Origin: the human T2T-CHM13v2.0 reference genome, Homo sapiens
Reading direction: 5' to 3' (one strand)
NCBI RefSeq assembly: GCF_009914755.1
Contig: NC_060928.1
DNA: 64,000 nucleotides
Part shown: one piece after another, positions 42,733 to 59,227 of the stretch
Layout: each line of letters starts with the position of its first letter
Numbering within the stretch: position 1 is the stretch's first letter
Translations under genes and position numbers: made by a program
The notes under the pieces: generated by a model
The model's database searches: none
Told to the model about the DNA's origin: nothing
What the model saw: the letters and a program-made list of their open reading frames with translations, nothing else

Positions 42733-43001
42733 ATTAGCAACCAGTATGGTCTGTTCCACAGACTAAGGTACAGTCATTGACTAAGTGAATACTTCATTGC
42801 ACTGTAAACAATGTAAATAATGCAATTTCATTTTAAAAAATGGTGTTTTAAGAATAGCTAAATTAATAGAGAAGGTGAAATAGGAAACTAAAAATGTTTT
42901 TGTGAGCACATTAAAGCTAACATTTATGATGGAAAGATTTGGAACTTTAGGGTTCAGGGAGAACTCATTTGAATCTAAGCGCTGCCACTTTTTGTTTGTA
43001 A

Positions 43002-43337
<336 letters not shown>

Positions 43338-43521
43338 ACCTTGCCTCTTTGATCTCACCTGTATATGAGGTAAGCAGCCAAAGCAAAAAGGAATTTATCA
43401 AAAATGACAGCAGTATCTTTTTGGATATAACCTAAACCTAATGTACTATTTCTTTTCCGCAAGCTAACACAAATAACTCTTATTTATTTTTATATTTTTT
43501 AATTGAGTTTTTGATCAGTGA

Positions 43522-43855
<334 letters not shown>

Positions 43856-45940
43856 TAATATCGGAAAGCAAGCGACAGGTGAGTAAGGTTGATTCTTCTG
43901 ATGGCGAGAGAACACAAATAAATTGATTCTTAGTAGGATTTGGGATTACAAGGTGTATTTTCGTGTTGGAGTGTCCATTATACAATGAATCTTCTCCTCC
44001 AATGTCACCCACAGTAACTAATATATATTCTTAGGTATTGTCTAGGCTACTCTGTTCATTTTATGACTGGCCCATCACCTGACCACTGCCTTTTAATAAC
44101 ATATTTGAAGGGATTTTCAGGAAAAACAGTCACTTGTTTCCTTTTGTTCATTCTTTTTATTTTCTCTTAGTATAAAATCCTGCAGAATCTCATAGTCTAC
44201 TCTAAGAGCTTTGGCTTCTACTCAGAGTGAAATAAGGAGAAAACGGAGGAGGATTTTTTAGCAGAGGAATGATATCATCATATAATGTTTTATTCAACAA
44301 CATTAATTAAGCACCTATTTGGCACTGGCAAAAACATAGTCCTTGCTCTTGTGAAATGTATAATCTAATGGGGAAGGATTAACAATAGAACAAGAAATGA
44401 ATTAAACAATAGAACAAGAAAGTCCTCTAAATTTCATCTTGAACATGATCTTGTTCTAAGAAAAGATGCAGACAAATAATGCCTAAGATGCAATGCTCTA
44501 ACAACAATAAGAACAAAGAGAACCTTCTATGTGCTAAGTACTTTACAAGCATCATATTATTTAACCTTCACAAGAGCCCCACTTGTGGAAGATAACATTA
44601 TGAAAGCCAAATTATAGCAGAGGAAATTGATGGTAAAGATGCACGCAGTTTGTAAGTGGCAGTATCAGGAATGTGAACACTTGTTCATCTGTCTAGCTCC
44701 TGGGTCTGACATTCTGACTTCTGTACTGCACTAACAATGGCTCCACAAAATGGAACACTTATTGGATGTGTCTAATTGTGTAGTTTCTAGCTGCAGAAAA
44801 TTTGTTTCTCTTTGTGGTATGGTTTTAATTTCCTTCTCTGCCTCTTTGGTTAAGCTTCTTAACCCATCTTGTCTTGAATATAGTCCTGAGAGCATGGTGT
44901 CTTTCATTCCTTTGCTAGAAATGCTACCTCTAATTCTATTTGCAGTAGGACATCCATCAAATTCCTGGTGGTATTAAAAAATAATAATGTGGTTTAGGAG
45001 AAAGCTGCACTAGGAGATCCAATTTTTTCATCTGAAAAATGGGGCTAATAATAGATGACACTAATCTCAAGGAAGTTGGGAGATGAATGAAGTAATTGTT
45101 TCTGCAAAATGCTTCAAATGCCAGAAGAAATAACATATAATCCATTATAATTTTTGATGTGAGACAGTACTTTCCTTTCCTGAGTTCTTTTGTGTCACTG
45201 TATTTAATTTTCATCTTTTAACAATGTATTTATATTCAATAAAAGTCTTTATTCATTAATTTAACCAATAAGTATTTATTGGATATAAGGTAGACCCTGT
45301 GCCAGGCACCCGGGAAGAAAATCAAATAGAATAGTCAATGAAGCAAAGTCTTTACAATCTTGTGAATATCCATTACTTGGCCATGATTGCTCATTAGAAT
45401 CACCAAGGTGGCTTTAAAAAATTAGCCATGCCTGATCATTCCAGACCAACTGCATCAGGTAATTCTAATGGGAGGCCAAACCTGAGAACCACTGTTCTGC
45501 TTTGGGAAAATATGATGCCAGATAGGTTTTCTTAAGAACTGTAGACTTTTGATATTGCAAGCTGATTCCTGGTGGGCTAGAGTTGGAGCTTTTTAGCTCA
45601 AACACTTTTTTTTTAAATTAACTGGGCCAAAAACTAAAAATACACATATTCCACTTAGAATGTTGGATTTCTGGCTTCTGAGGAGGAACTGGATGGTCTG
45701 GCAACCTTTTGTCTGCATTTCTGTATAGCAGAAATTGGATGGGTCTGGTGAGGAGCTGCCCCTTTCACACAGGACATGCATGCTCGGTTTGCCAGTTTCC
45801 TCTGTTGCCTATCACACCCAACGCTAAGAGACAAGTCAAGTGCTATTCATCTTGGTTCACTTAACTCATTTACATTAGCTGCCTGGCCCCTGTAGGAATT
45901 TAACTTTTTTACTCTCCTCTGGTTGTTTACACATGGACAT

Positions 45941-46387
45941 TGTAACTGGTTTGAATTGTGTCTTTCAAAAATTCATGTTCATCTAGAACTTCAGAATGTG
46001 GCCTTATTTGGAAAATAGAATGTTTGCAAATGCAATTAGTTAATATAAAGTTATATTGGTTTAGGGTGGGCCCTATAGCCAATAACTGGTATCTTTCTGG
46101 AAGGAGAAGACAGACACACAGAGAGGGAAGCAGGCCATGTGAGGACAGAGGCAAAGATTGAAGGGAAGCCAGCTAAGAGCCAAGAAATGCCAAGGATTTC
46201 CCGTAATGACCAGGAGCCAGGAGAGGAACAAGAATAGGTTCTCCTTCAGAGCCTCCAGAAAGAGCCTACCCTGTGGAGACCTTAATGAAGACTTCTGGCC
46301 TCCTAAACTGTGAGAGAATATATTTATCTTGTTTTATGCCATCCAGTTTGTGGAAATTTGTTACAGCAGCTCTAGAAAAGTAATACA
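45941..46387 (+). mobile_element. MaLR LTR (MLT1C-like)
   Basis: tgtaactggtttgaattgtgtc...cagaatgtggccttatttggaaa...agtaataca; TSD gacat/cacat. Confidence 0.88.
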
Positions 46388-47090
46388 CACATCAGTTAAC
46401 AGATTTTCAAAAACACCAGAGAAAATAAAATTAAGCCATGTCCATATATTCATCCCCTACTGTATATAGAACAATGTCTGCACACACAGAATCGCCAAAA
46501 TGTAAGACAAGGGGCTCTACTTGTAGTGCCTTCTCATTAGTACTGGTATTTTTTTTTTTTAATTACTGCCAAGCTCACTCATCCCAGGCAAATTAGTCCA
46601 CCACACACTACCATGGAGTGGATTTCTACTTGTGTGAAATTGGCATGTTCTAGATTCTGTACTGCTAGTATTAGGTAAATATCAGTTGAGGCTGAGCATT
46701 CACAAAGAACTAAACTAAAAGTAAATATTGTCCAGTTTTTGTTTCAATTAATTAATCACATGTTTATTGAATAACTGATGACTTTCCATATCACTAACAG
46801 CCAAATTCCCTAATTAGCAACCTGTGGACAACCCACCCCCTCCAACCCACCGCCCCTAAATCTCATCTGTCTCCTCTTCTATTTTCCTCTAATTTCTTTC
46901 CTTGCCACTGCTGGTCACTGTGCCTGAAATGTCTCCTCTCAAAAATCTTCAAGATCTCTCCCTTACCTCCTTCAGGTCTTTATTCCCTTGCCACCAACTC
47001 AGTGAGGACTTCTCTCACAGGGCACTTAAAACTGTGTCCTCACGAAACTACTTCCTATTCTCTTTCAATTTTACCCCATAGGTTGGCTAA

Positions 47091-47999
47091 TGTTATAGCC
47101 TAAATTGTACCTGCCCCTCCCTCCCCCCGCCACCCACATTCATAGTGAAGTTCCAACTCCCAGTACTTCAGATTATATTTGGAGATAATGTTTTTAAAGA
47201 GGTAATTAAGTTAAAATGAGGCCATTAGAGTGGGGCCCTGATCCAATATGATTGGTGTCCTTAAAAGAGAAAGATATACTGTGATGTCTAAGCCCAGAGG
47301 AAAGGCCAGGTGAGGACGCTGTGAGAGGACAGCCATCTGAAAGCCAAGGAGAGAGGCCTCAGAAGGAAAGACGCCTGCTGGCAGTTCTGTCAGGAGATCT
47401 GATCTTGGATGTCCAGCTTCCAGAACTGTGAGGCCAGTAATTTCTGTTGCTTAAGCCATTCAGTCTTTGACATTTTCTTACGGCAGCCTATGATGGTGAA
47501 CTTTGTATGTCAACTTGACTTAGCTAAGGGATACCCAGATACCTGGTCAAATATTCTTTCTTGGTGGGTCTGTGTTTCCAGAAGATAGTAGCATTCAAAT
47601 CAGTAGACTGAGCAAAGAAGACCCACCCTCACCAGTGTGGGTGGACATCATCTAGTCCTTTGAAGGCAGAATAGGAAGGCATAGGAGGGTAAGTTCCCTC
47701 TCTTCCTCAGCTGGGGCTTCCATCTTCTCCTGCCCTTGGGCATCCTGGTTCTCAGGCCTTTGGACTCCAGAACTTACATCAGTGCCCCTTTCAGACTCCA
47801 ACTTGATTATGCCACTGACTTTCCTGGTTCTCCAGCTTGCAGGTGGCCTCTCATGGGACTTTTTGGTCTTCGTAATCATGTGAGCCAATTCCCATAATAA
47901 ATCAACCTCTTTCTGTTTCTCTCTTTGTATACATAGTCTATTAGTTCTGTTTCTTTGGAGAACCTTGGGTAGACAACATAGCCCTAGCAAACTAACAGA
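47091..47999 (+). mobile_element. MaLR LTR (MLT1B-like) hosting an MLT2 LTR
   Basis: tgttatagcc...; ends ctagcaaactaacaga; 5-bp TSD gctaa at 47086 and 48000. Confidence 0.88.
47489..47978 (+). mobile_element. ERVL LTR (MLT2B-like)
   Basis: tatgatggtgaactttgtatgtcaacttgact...gttctgtttctttggagaacc; TSD cagcc/tagcc. Confidence 0.88.
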
Positions 48000-48349
48000 G
48001 CTAACCACATGACTTATTGTCCAACCTGGAACACCACTAACAATGAATGAAGGGGATATTATTAATAATGATATCCAGACACTTGGCATAAACTGTAACT
48101 TCCCATGTATATCAGGACATTTGGTAGCCTTATCCATAGTACCTATCATTATAAATGCACAATGCACTTTAGTTAGTTAGATGTTTATTGCCTGCCTCTC
48201 TCCACCAGATAGTAAATTCCTTGAGGGCAGAGGTTTTTGTGCTTTTACTGCTTTATATCTAGCACCTAAGTATCTGGGACATAGTAGAGTCTCAATTGAA
48301 GAAACTGAATAAATAACTGTAAACTGTAAGGATGTGGTTAATGTTCACT

Positions 48350-48415
48350 GATCTATCTATATTTATGTCTATATCTATATCGTATCTATCTATCTCTATC
48401 TCATCTATCTATCTA
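48350..48415. repeat. (TCTA)n degenerate microsatellite
   Basis: Directly visible. Confidence 0.8.
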
Positions 48416-50954
48416 TGAAACTTTCTCAATGCGACTACCAATTATTTTGTACCTGCTATTGGCTAAGCAAGGTACTAGGCATTTTACATATGTTATCACT
48501 CATTTTAACAACAACTTTGCAAGCTGCTTATGGTTTCTATTTTAAACTTGACCCAAATACCTCAGAGATTTTAGGTAACTTCTCCTATACCGCTCAGCAT
48601 ATAGCTAAAGATTCAAACTTATTGCAAAAAAGATTTTTGTACATTCTTGGCAGTTAAACAATAACATAAATGCAGATTTCTAGCTTATCAAATTTAATGA
48701 TCAATACTTAGGATATTGTTAACTGTACATGTTGATGTGCCAGTGTTATCTACAAATTATATCAATGTGGGTTCAGAATAAATTGTATTTTTTAAAAAAG
48801 TGTGGGTAGAAAGATCTCTAATGCTTTAATCCTAAATCCTCTATCAGCATAACAGAAAAATCAGGGACAACAAATCAATGTCCCTAAGATGGATATGAGT
48901 AGCTCTTCCTGCTAATTTGATTTTTAGTAACTAATTATTTAGGCTGGCACACAATGTGAAATATTGTCCTTGAAAACAGGCCCTGCTGCTCAACATTTTA
49001 TTTATTAGAAACTGAGCCAGGAAAATCTAGTGTTAAAATTTATCATAGCAGCTGAGGGGTTATGTCCTGATGAAGTAAAATAATGCCATGACAAGATGAT
49101 AGATGTTTTCTGATATCTTCTTATCACTATCTTGACCAGACCAAAATATTGCCTAAGAGGATTCTTTTGAGTTATGCAAAGTGAAGTCACATTTTGTATG
49201 CAATTTTGAAATAGGACCCTATAAATAATCAAGTCTTACACTATTTGCAACTTGAAAATAATGCAATACACAAGTTTTTGTTACATTTGTCAAGAATTTC
49301 ATAACTTCAAAGCTGGCTGGCTGAATGAATGGTGAGCTCTTTAGGATATTGTGCTAAGGTAATATCCCTTAAAGCTTGCAGATAAACTCTGGACATCCTT
49401 ATTAGCCTTATGGAAAAATCCACTAAGACCTTAAACTACTTGAGGTCTCCAAGAACATATTCTTCAAATAGAACATGATCCCTGTGTAATTCACTCTGAC
49501 TAGGCTTCATCCTAAACACAGTGGAACTAAATTTTTAATCCTGAAAATGCTAGCATCACTCAATTCCATTCTACAAATATCTGTTGATGCTTAGGACTTA
49601 TTAAGTCTGCCCTGATACTTTCCCCAAGGATCTCAGGGTTTTATTGGAGACAGGGTGAACTTGTTAGGCATAAAATAATCTTAAAAATGACCTCACTCTG
49701 GGGGCTAATCCTGTGCCTAAGTCTGTCATTCAGAATGTGCTACTGTATTGAATCTATCAGATTCTCCAGCTCTTCCAGATCTCAATGAAATGGAATATAG
49801 GGCTCCTTAGGAAACCCAAGACCACCTATTTTAGAAATATGCTATAACTAAACATTGAAAAAGGTACATTATAAGTGCTGTCATATGTAAGCTTTAAAAG
49901 AATCACTTATAAAGGAAGAAATGAAACCCGAGGATGATCAGAAGTCTGAAAACTAACGGAGTGTGTACATTAACCTGGTAGATTACTAAGGCCACCCCAT
50001 AAACTATGTTTCATTCACCTTTGTGTCCCCAGCATCACGCACAAGGCCTAGCATTGACTGTTCAATACATATCTGTTTAATGAATGCATCATTGTTGGTT
50101 GAATTTCAAAGGAGAAAGAGAGGCAGGCTTCTCTTCATAAATAAATCATGACTTTTTCAAGATTCCCAAAACAATTAGTTTTCCACTAAAGCAATCTGAA
50201 GTGCCAGATCCTGGCAAACCTATCTGTCCCTGGGAGACAAGCACGTTCAGAAAAGCAGAACCTTCAAACTTGCAGAGCCAGCTCATACTTGGTGGCCTTC
50301 TCACCTTAGGCTACTAGTTACTGAGAGTTGGGGAAAGTGGGGAAGGAGCCCAGCACTGTCAACAGACTTTATTGGTTGAAGAAAACAGTGTTGTTAAAAC
50401 ACTCACAGATCATAAAAAGAAAAAAAAAACACCCAAGGATATAAAATTGAGAAAAGGTATCTGGAGAAAGCAATATTGTGTTCTCGAGCTAAAATTTCAT
50501 AGGAAGCTTTTGAAAATGACCTCCTGGGTAAGGAAAATTATGGATCCTATCTATTCTCTGATTGAGCAAACACATTGAATTCAATACAATCTCAGCACCA
50601 CATGTGCACAGAACAGAGCAGGACAAGTTTGTCTGATAAATGCGTTTATAGCAACAATATTTATGAGATCTATGTAGGCTTTGAGACATTGAGCTGAAGA
50701 AGTTTGAGCTTCATGTTAACAATGATAGCAACACAAGCCATTTTGTTTTCTTTGTGAGTGCTTTACAAAGCACTATCCAATTTAATCATGAAAAGAAAAC
50801 AGTCCTATGAGATAAGCATGAAAAAGTTTAGGAAACAGAAAATGTTAAAGCTCAATCGCGTTTAGTTGAAACTCCTTTCTTCAGTTCTTCCCATACTGGG
50901 TTTCTCTTTTTCTTTATGTCCTTGTTATTTAAAATGTAATAAGGACATTGGTAC

Positions 50955-51100
50955 TTATTGGTCTCATCAGCCTCACCCGGTAGCTTGTTAGCAATGCAGA
51001 ATCTTCTAACTCACTCTTGAGCTACTGAATCAGAATTTGCATTTAATAAGATTCTCAGGTGATTTGTATGCACATTAAATTGTGAAAAGCATTATCTACA
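50955..51100. mobile_element. MER5-like hAT MITE
   Basis: cagcctcacccggtagcttgttagcaatgcagaatc...gaatcagaatttgcatttaataagattctcaggtgatttgtatgcacattaaa. Confidence 0.75.
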
Positions 51101-52076
51101 TGGTGTCATATTAGTCATCTGGAATGCCTGCTTTTGGAATCTTAATTCATTATGAATGAGGGATAAGTAGAGGGCACTGTTATAAGAATATGGTGTCAAT
51201 CTATGAATCTTCTCAAAACATAATCAGATTCAAATATTAATGGCATTGGTGATACATAGGTTAAAGTTATAGACTCTGAATCCTGGTTTTGCCACTTACT
51301 GTGTGGCCTTGGGAACACTCCTTAACTCTTTAAGCTTCAGTTCCTCATTTATAAATGAGAATAAGTATACTAAACTCAAGAGGTTATTGTAAAGGTCAAA
51401 TGAAATGAGTACCCAGAGTGGTCACACAGTGAGTTTGCAGTCATATTTATTCTTTAAGTATGACATGAAACAGAGATTCACTCCAGCTGTCTATCTTTCC
51501 AAGAAAGGAAAAAAAAAAACACAACCTTTTAAAGTCTTTCTTTTAGATTTTCACTAAGTCATTCCTTTGAATACTATCATAGAGACCTGCTTTGTGTTAG
51601 CTTTGATCTTTGGAATTCTGCGGTGGTACAAGGTCATGATGAGCTTCCAGTGAATTATCCCACAAGGAAACCTTGACACATTTTCTGGACTTTTCACCAC
51701 AGAGATTACTCATGTCTTCTCATATTCTGATTCTAAGAGGCCAAAATTATTAGATAATGGGGTGACTTGAACTCTACCTTTTTTGGATACAAGTCTGGCC
51801 CTTCTAGGGTTGATACACTTCAAAAATTCTTCTTAAAATCTGTGGAACAACTGAAAAGAAGCTCAGATAAATTCTCTTTTCCAGGAGTCTTGGAGACAAG
51901 GGGACAGAGGAAGAGTGATCTGTGCAGGGATGCTGGAAACCACAGGGAGACTACAGGAATTGAATCCTAGAAAAAGGAGCTGATTACAGGAGGGTCAGCT
52001 GAAAACAAGGAGCCACGGCATACCCAGTTTAGTTCTCTAGCACCATCCTGGCAGCACCATACCAGCCAGCAAGGTA

Positions 52077-52116
52077 TTAGGTTGGTGCAAAAGTGATTAG
52101 TATTGCACCAGCCTAA
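52077..52116. mobile_element. Internally deleted MADE1
   Basis: ttaggttggtgcaaaag...ttgcaccagcctaa flanked by TA. Confidence 0.85.
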
Positions 52117-52119
52117 TAT

Positions 52120-52443
<324 letters not shown>

Positions 52444-52976
52444 TAAAGAAAATAACTAATAAAAAATTAAATGACTGTGTTCTCTCTGGTATGTGTAGTG
52501 GCAACGTGAAGATCCAACTTTTGTTCTGAGTGAAACAAGAAACATGGAAAATGCTTTATGAAAACATATTACATAGAGATGACTTATTTAATATTGTGCC
52601 ATTGTTTCTCATATGGGAATAATTTCCTATATATGTGGTGTGCAATTTAAAATTAGATATCATAAACCACTAGGGTAAAAATATATGAGGCCTATACCGG
52701 GATGCTGTTTCAGCATGCAGAATCATTATTCTTTATAGAGCTAACAAATTCTTAAAAGACAGGCTGAGAGTTAAGGATCTGAAAACACTGCAAACTATCA
52801 AAGGCATATGAGGAATTTAACAATGCAAAATGAAATTTAAGTGAAGTACCTTAGTTCCTCTTCTTGCTTTCCTACTGAACAGCAACCCTATGTCTTTCTG
52901 TAGAAATGTTTATTTTGCACCATTATTTTGACACGTTCAAATATGACACTTTGGTCATATATTACTGCATATTTAA

Positions 52977-53434
52977 GCATGAGACATCAATCAGATACAT
53001 GTAAGAAATATGTTGGTTTGGTCCAGAAAGGCAGGACAACTCAAAGCTGGGGCAGGGTAGCCACTATAAGACTTCAAAAGAACCTTGGTCTCCACAATCT
53101 TTTATCTGAACCTAAACGTTTCCTTTCTATTGATCTCAGGTCTTTAGACAAACCCAACCAATTGCCAATCAAAAGATGGTTAAATTTACCTATAGCCTGA
53201 AGCCCCCACTTTGAGTTGTCTTGCCTTTCTGAACCAAACGAATGTACTTCTTAAGTGTATTTGATTGATGTCTAATGCCTCTCTAAAATGTATAAAACCA
53301 AGCTGCGCCCCAATCACCTTGGGCACATGTTCTCAGGATCTCCTGAGGGCTGCGTCACGGGCCATGGTCACTCATATTTGGCTTAGAATAAACCTCTTCA
53401 AATATTTTACAGAGTTTTGCTCTTTTCATCGGCA
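52977..53434 (+). mobile_element. MER4-family ERV1 LTR 3' half, preceded by an inverted LTR piece
   Basis: aaaatgtataaaaccaagctg...caccttgggcacatgttctcagga...agaataaacctcttcaaatattttacagagttt. Confidence 0.85.
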
Positions 53435-53918
53435 GAAATTAATGAGAAACTAGCAATGCCTTTAATTGCCTGAGCTGGTTACTTGAGCAGACTGTCATCC
53501 ACGCCTCCCTCCTCTGAAGCCCTACTTGCTGCCCCACTCTATTAGATTATCAATTTTAGATCAACTGCTGCAGGTGGTGCCTGGCTCTACTTGATGGGCT
53601 CCCCTCAGTTTGCCAAAGATTTATAAAAGCAGTGTTTTAAAGAATGGCGTTTACCCACTGAGCTAATTTTCCTCTCAGTTAGAATTCCATCATTCTTTAG
53701 CCTTAAGAGTAAAAAGTGAAAGGAGAATGGAATTAACTAGAGAACTGCCTATAGTTCTCTATGTGACTGTTGTGTTACCCTTCTCTAATAGAATAACTCT
53801 CTGCTCTTATGGTCAAGTTGGTGTCATCCAGAGATGAGATACAAGAATCCAGGGAAATTTTTTATCAATGATTGATTTTATGGGGCATTGATTTATAATA
53901 GTAACAATAATTTAAAAC

Positions 53919-53930
53919 TATATATATGTA

Positions 53931-53966
<36 letters not shown>

Positions 53967-53985
53967 CAGATATATAGATATATAT
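53919..53985. repeat. (TG)n(TA)n microsatellite
   Basis: Directly visible. Confidence 0.9.
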
Positions 53986-54698
53986 TTGAAACCCTAGGAA
54001 AGTTATATGGGCATAAAAATTTCATTTTGGAATCATTTGTCAATTTTGCCTTGAAGATTCAGAAGCCTTCTGGAATTTTCTGAACACAAATAATTAAACA
54101 GTATAATTTCCACACTATCTCTCTTTTTAAAAAGATGGGTGCTTAAATATACAGAAAACAACTTTATTATTGATTTTTAAATGTAATACAAAACACCTAA
54201 CCAATGCACAGCATTGAAACAATTCATCAATTTATCTGGCATCCTTGATTGGAGAGTCCTTAACAAAATGCTAATTTAATTAAGCCTTAACTGTTTTTTT
54301 CTGACACCCTGATTAGAAAATGTTCAACTAATAATATAATCTTAAATACCAATAATGTTTTAAATTTTTACAAATTCGTGCAAGAACTCTTGATTCAAAT
54401 TTGATTTCCTTTCTGTCTAAACCAATCTATGAGGTAACAATTTTACTTGTGTTTATCCTTGGTCATCTGAGGATGTAGCAGTAAAGAAACAGTAGTCAGA
54501 AGGTGTTTTTAGGAGAAGGAGGAGGAGGAAGAGGATGAGGCATGGGAGTAGGAATAGGATAAAGACTAGAGTAGTTTTGGAAAAAAGCATTTAAGAGAGA
54601 CAGTTTTTTCAGCCCAGTTCCAAGACATTAGATGATGTTATTAGAACTTAAAAGGAAAAACGTTCTGCTTGCTGAAATGACATTTTGCATATAGGAAG

Positions 54699-55626
<928 letters not shown>

Positions 55627-55632
55627 GGTCAA

Positions 55633-55773
55633 TTTCCCCTTCTTCTTCTTTCCTTTCCCCTTCCCCTTCCCCTTCTCTTCCTCCCTCCCTCCCTCCCTTC
55701 CCTCCTTTCTTCCTTTCTTTTCTTTCTCTCTTTTTCTCTCTTTCTCTTCCTCTCTTTCTCTTTCTCTCTCTCT
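55633..55773. repeat. Pure polypyrimidine (CCCTT/CCCT/CTTT/CT) tract
   Basis: ~140 nt of C/T only. Confidence 0.92.
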
Positions 55774-57334
55774 TGTCGGGCAGCCTCCCAACAGGGGGAT
55801 TTTAATAAATGTCTGCTGACTCTTGATGGGGCAAATCACTATCAGCTGTGCCTATTGGGCTGCTTTTTAACATTGCTGCTGAGCTGTTGGCTAGTGAAAC
55901 ATGTTAAGGTTCTTCTGGTCATCCGAAGATCCATGTGCCCCCTCCCTTATCAGTCCCTTACCCCGTCTGCACTGAATTATTACAATAGTATTATAACTGG
56001 TTATGCAGATTCATCTATGTCTCACCCTTCCATGAGAGCAGTCTGTCTAAAGCCTAGTTCTAACGAAAAAGCCCACAGTCCTTCACTAATTCAGGCAACA
56101 CGTTTCTGCCATGTCTGCCTTGCCAGGAACTCCACTAGACATAAGAGATACAAGAGAGAGCAGTCAAAACTTTCATTTGCTCCCCCTTGCCTTCCAGATA
56201 AAGTCCAAATTCCTTTGTATAACATTTAGTATTTAGACCTTACCCACCTCCTCAAATGTCCCTATCCTGGAATTCACAAAGGGCTATTTTTCACCTCCTA
56301 AACATATTTTGCACATTAGAGCCAATATACCCTTTATGCTCTCTACTTTTCTATCTGTTCCCCTTCCTATAGAAAACCTACACATCCTTCCATTCCAGCT
56401 TTAGACCCTTGCCATTGCATATTGTAGTGAGACTTCATGGATGTATGGAATGAAGAAGGATAATTTAAATGTTTCTGAACTGAGTATCTGGGAAGAATGA
56501 GGAAGGAACCATTCAATAGAGACAGAGAAAGGTGAAAGACAAGTAGGATTTGTAAGGTTTGGGGCATTGAGTTAAGTTTTAGAAACTCCATGAGAACACA
56601 TTGTTCTGATGTGTTTATTGTTGAATCTTCAGCATATAGAACAGTTTCTGCCACACAGTAGACACACAATACATATTTGGCTTAATGAGAGTATATGTGT
56701 GTAGTCCTTGGTAAGAAAATGATGCTACCTCAGTAGTCATGACCCCTTTATTTCAAAAGACACACAAATATAACAAAATTCCAGCACCACAAAAAATAAC
56801 TTGACCCTTGAGGTTTATGATAATGGAAACTGAGCTTTAAATGTTAACACAGGTTAGAACTGAGGAAATTTATTACGGTGTTTTGGAAATTAAGAGGATC
56901 CTCCATAGGTGTTTTTGGGGTCAACTAATATATATTAATGTAAGAGTTTTGTCTAGAAATTTAGAAGCTCTAACTCTGCTACTGTTAATTGCTAGATTTG
57001 CAACTTTGGTTCAGTTATTAAAGTTATCTGTTTAAATTTCTATAAAATGTAGACAGATAATCTACCTATCTCATGGGATTATTATAAAAAATCAAATGAA
57101 ATAATAAATATCAAAACATATTCAAAACTAAAAATATCATTGAGGTATTACATATAACCACACTGGCAATAACAGACATAGTTTTTTTGAGTAAACTGCT
57201 ATGGACAACTTCAGGTAGGAAATAAATTGTTAAAAAGCACATTCATTGAGAACTTAGGAGAGATTGGTAGTTGGATAATTTCAAGATATGACTGATTATT
57301 TACTTTGGTTTTTTGATTTTTGTGCTGTTGTTAG

Positions 57335-57532
<198 letters not shown>

Positions 57533-57656
57533 TAATCGTCAAGTTTTTTTTAGCTAATTCCTTATGGACATTTAATCATAACAACCTATTCTGATAAAAG
57601 AGATTCCTGATCCAGAATACTGCACATTATTGTAATGTCCCTGTGTACCAACTTGA

Positions 57657-58022
<366 letters not shown>

Positions 58023-59227
58023 TCGTCAGTCTTTTTGAAAGTCTAATAGCTTAAATACTAACGATTGCCATTACACACATCTTAAACTATTAACTATGCT
58101 GAAAATTCATTTGGATTTGTTTCTTTATGTCTTGAAGCCATCCTGTAATACCCACTTATTGTAAAGCTGGTTAAAATTCCTCTAAAATAGATGGAATAAA
58201 ATTCATATTGAGCAAGCTTTAATATGCCATTTTCAAAAGAGAACAGGTCAGGCATTATTTTGCAACAGAGACCAGGTTCTAGTGACATCTACTCAGTGAT
58301 GTTTCCCCTGATATCCCTGTTACTGTGCAGAGTTGACCATAGTTGTAATAGCTGTTATTTGTAGAACTCGATATAGAGTTGCATGGCTTGGGCACACTAC
58401 TTATGCTGCTAAGGCTCAGTTTCCTCACAGACAGAGCAAGGATAATAATAGTACTTGTCTCATTTAGTTCTTTGAGAGGTTAAATGACATAATTCATGAA
58501 AAGTGCTTTATTTACTCAGTGCTCATTGCTTAGTAAATAGCTTGTAAATATTACTTATTGTTATTATTGAGCATAACAACTTTAACCACAGTAAACTGTG
58601 ACAATTGGCAAATGGAAACAACCTCATGTCCTCCAATAGGGATTGGTCAAATTCATTATGGTAACTTTAGATGATAGAAGGATTATGCAGCCATTACATA
58701 ATCTGTTACAGAGGAATAAATATCGACCTCTGAATATGCTCTAGATCTGCTAAGCTAAAAAGTAGGCTACAAACGGTTTGCTTATTGAATAGACTAGAAA
58801 ATCATATATGAAATTGTTACTGGTGGTTGCCTTTGGAATGCAGGAGTTTTTAATTTTTTTGTTATTTTACTTTCGTGTTTTTCTGCTTTCTTCACTGTTT
58901 TCCATAGAGTGTTATTTCATAGAGCATATTAGAGTGGGTGATGTTATATGCAAGAAATGTATGGCCCTTGTCACTCAGTGCACCACGCTTCCCATCATTA
59001 GATATCCAGTTAATGATGAAAATGGCTATGCATATCTCTCTTGCCCATGACCCCAGCATCTTGAGATTTTATAACACACACAACTGTCGACTGCATTGCT
59101 TATGTAAGGCCACACAGAGAACAGACTATCATCCCCCAAAGCACCCAGTGAATGCTTCCATTAGGGAGCTTGGAGCCCACTATGAGAGAAACAGTCATGC
59201 TCACATGTTCCCCTTAGTCATTTCTGC

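Noticed and set aside
44378-44421. 17-bp direct repeat aacaatagaacaagaaa
   Set aside because: Simple local duplication in A-rich L2-like DNA; nothing is inserted between the copies, so it is not a TSD.
47652-48167. 171-aa ORF
   Set aside because: Spans MLT2, MLT1 and MER94 relics; no protein family resemblance.
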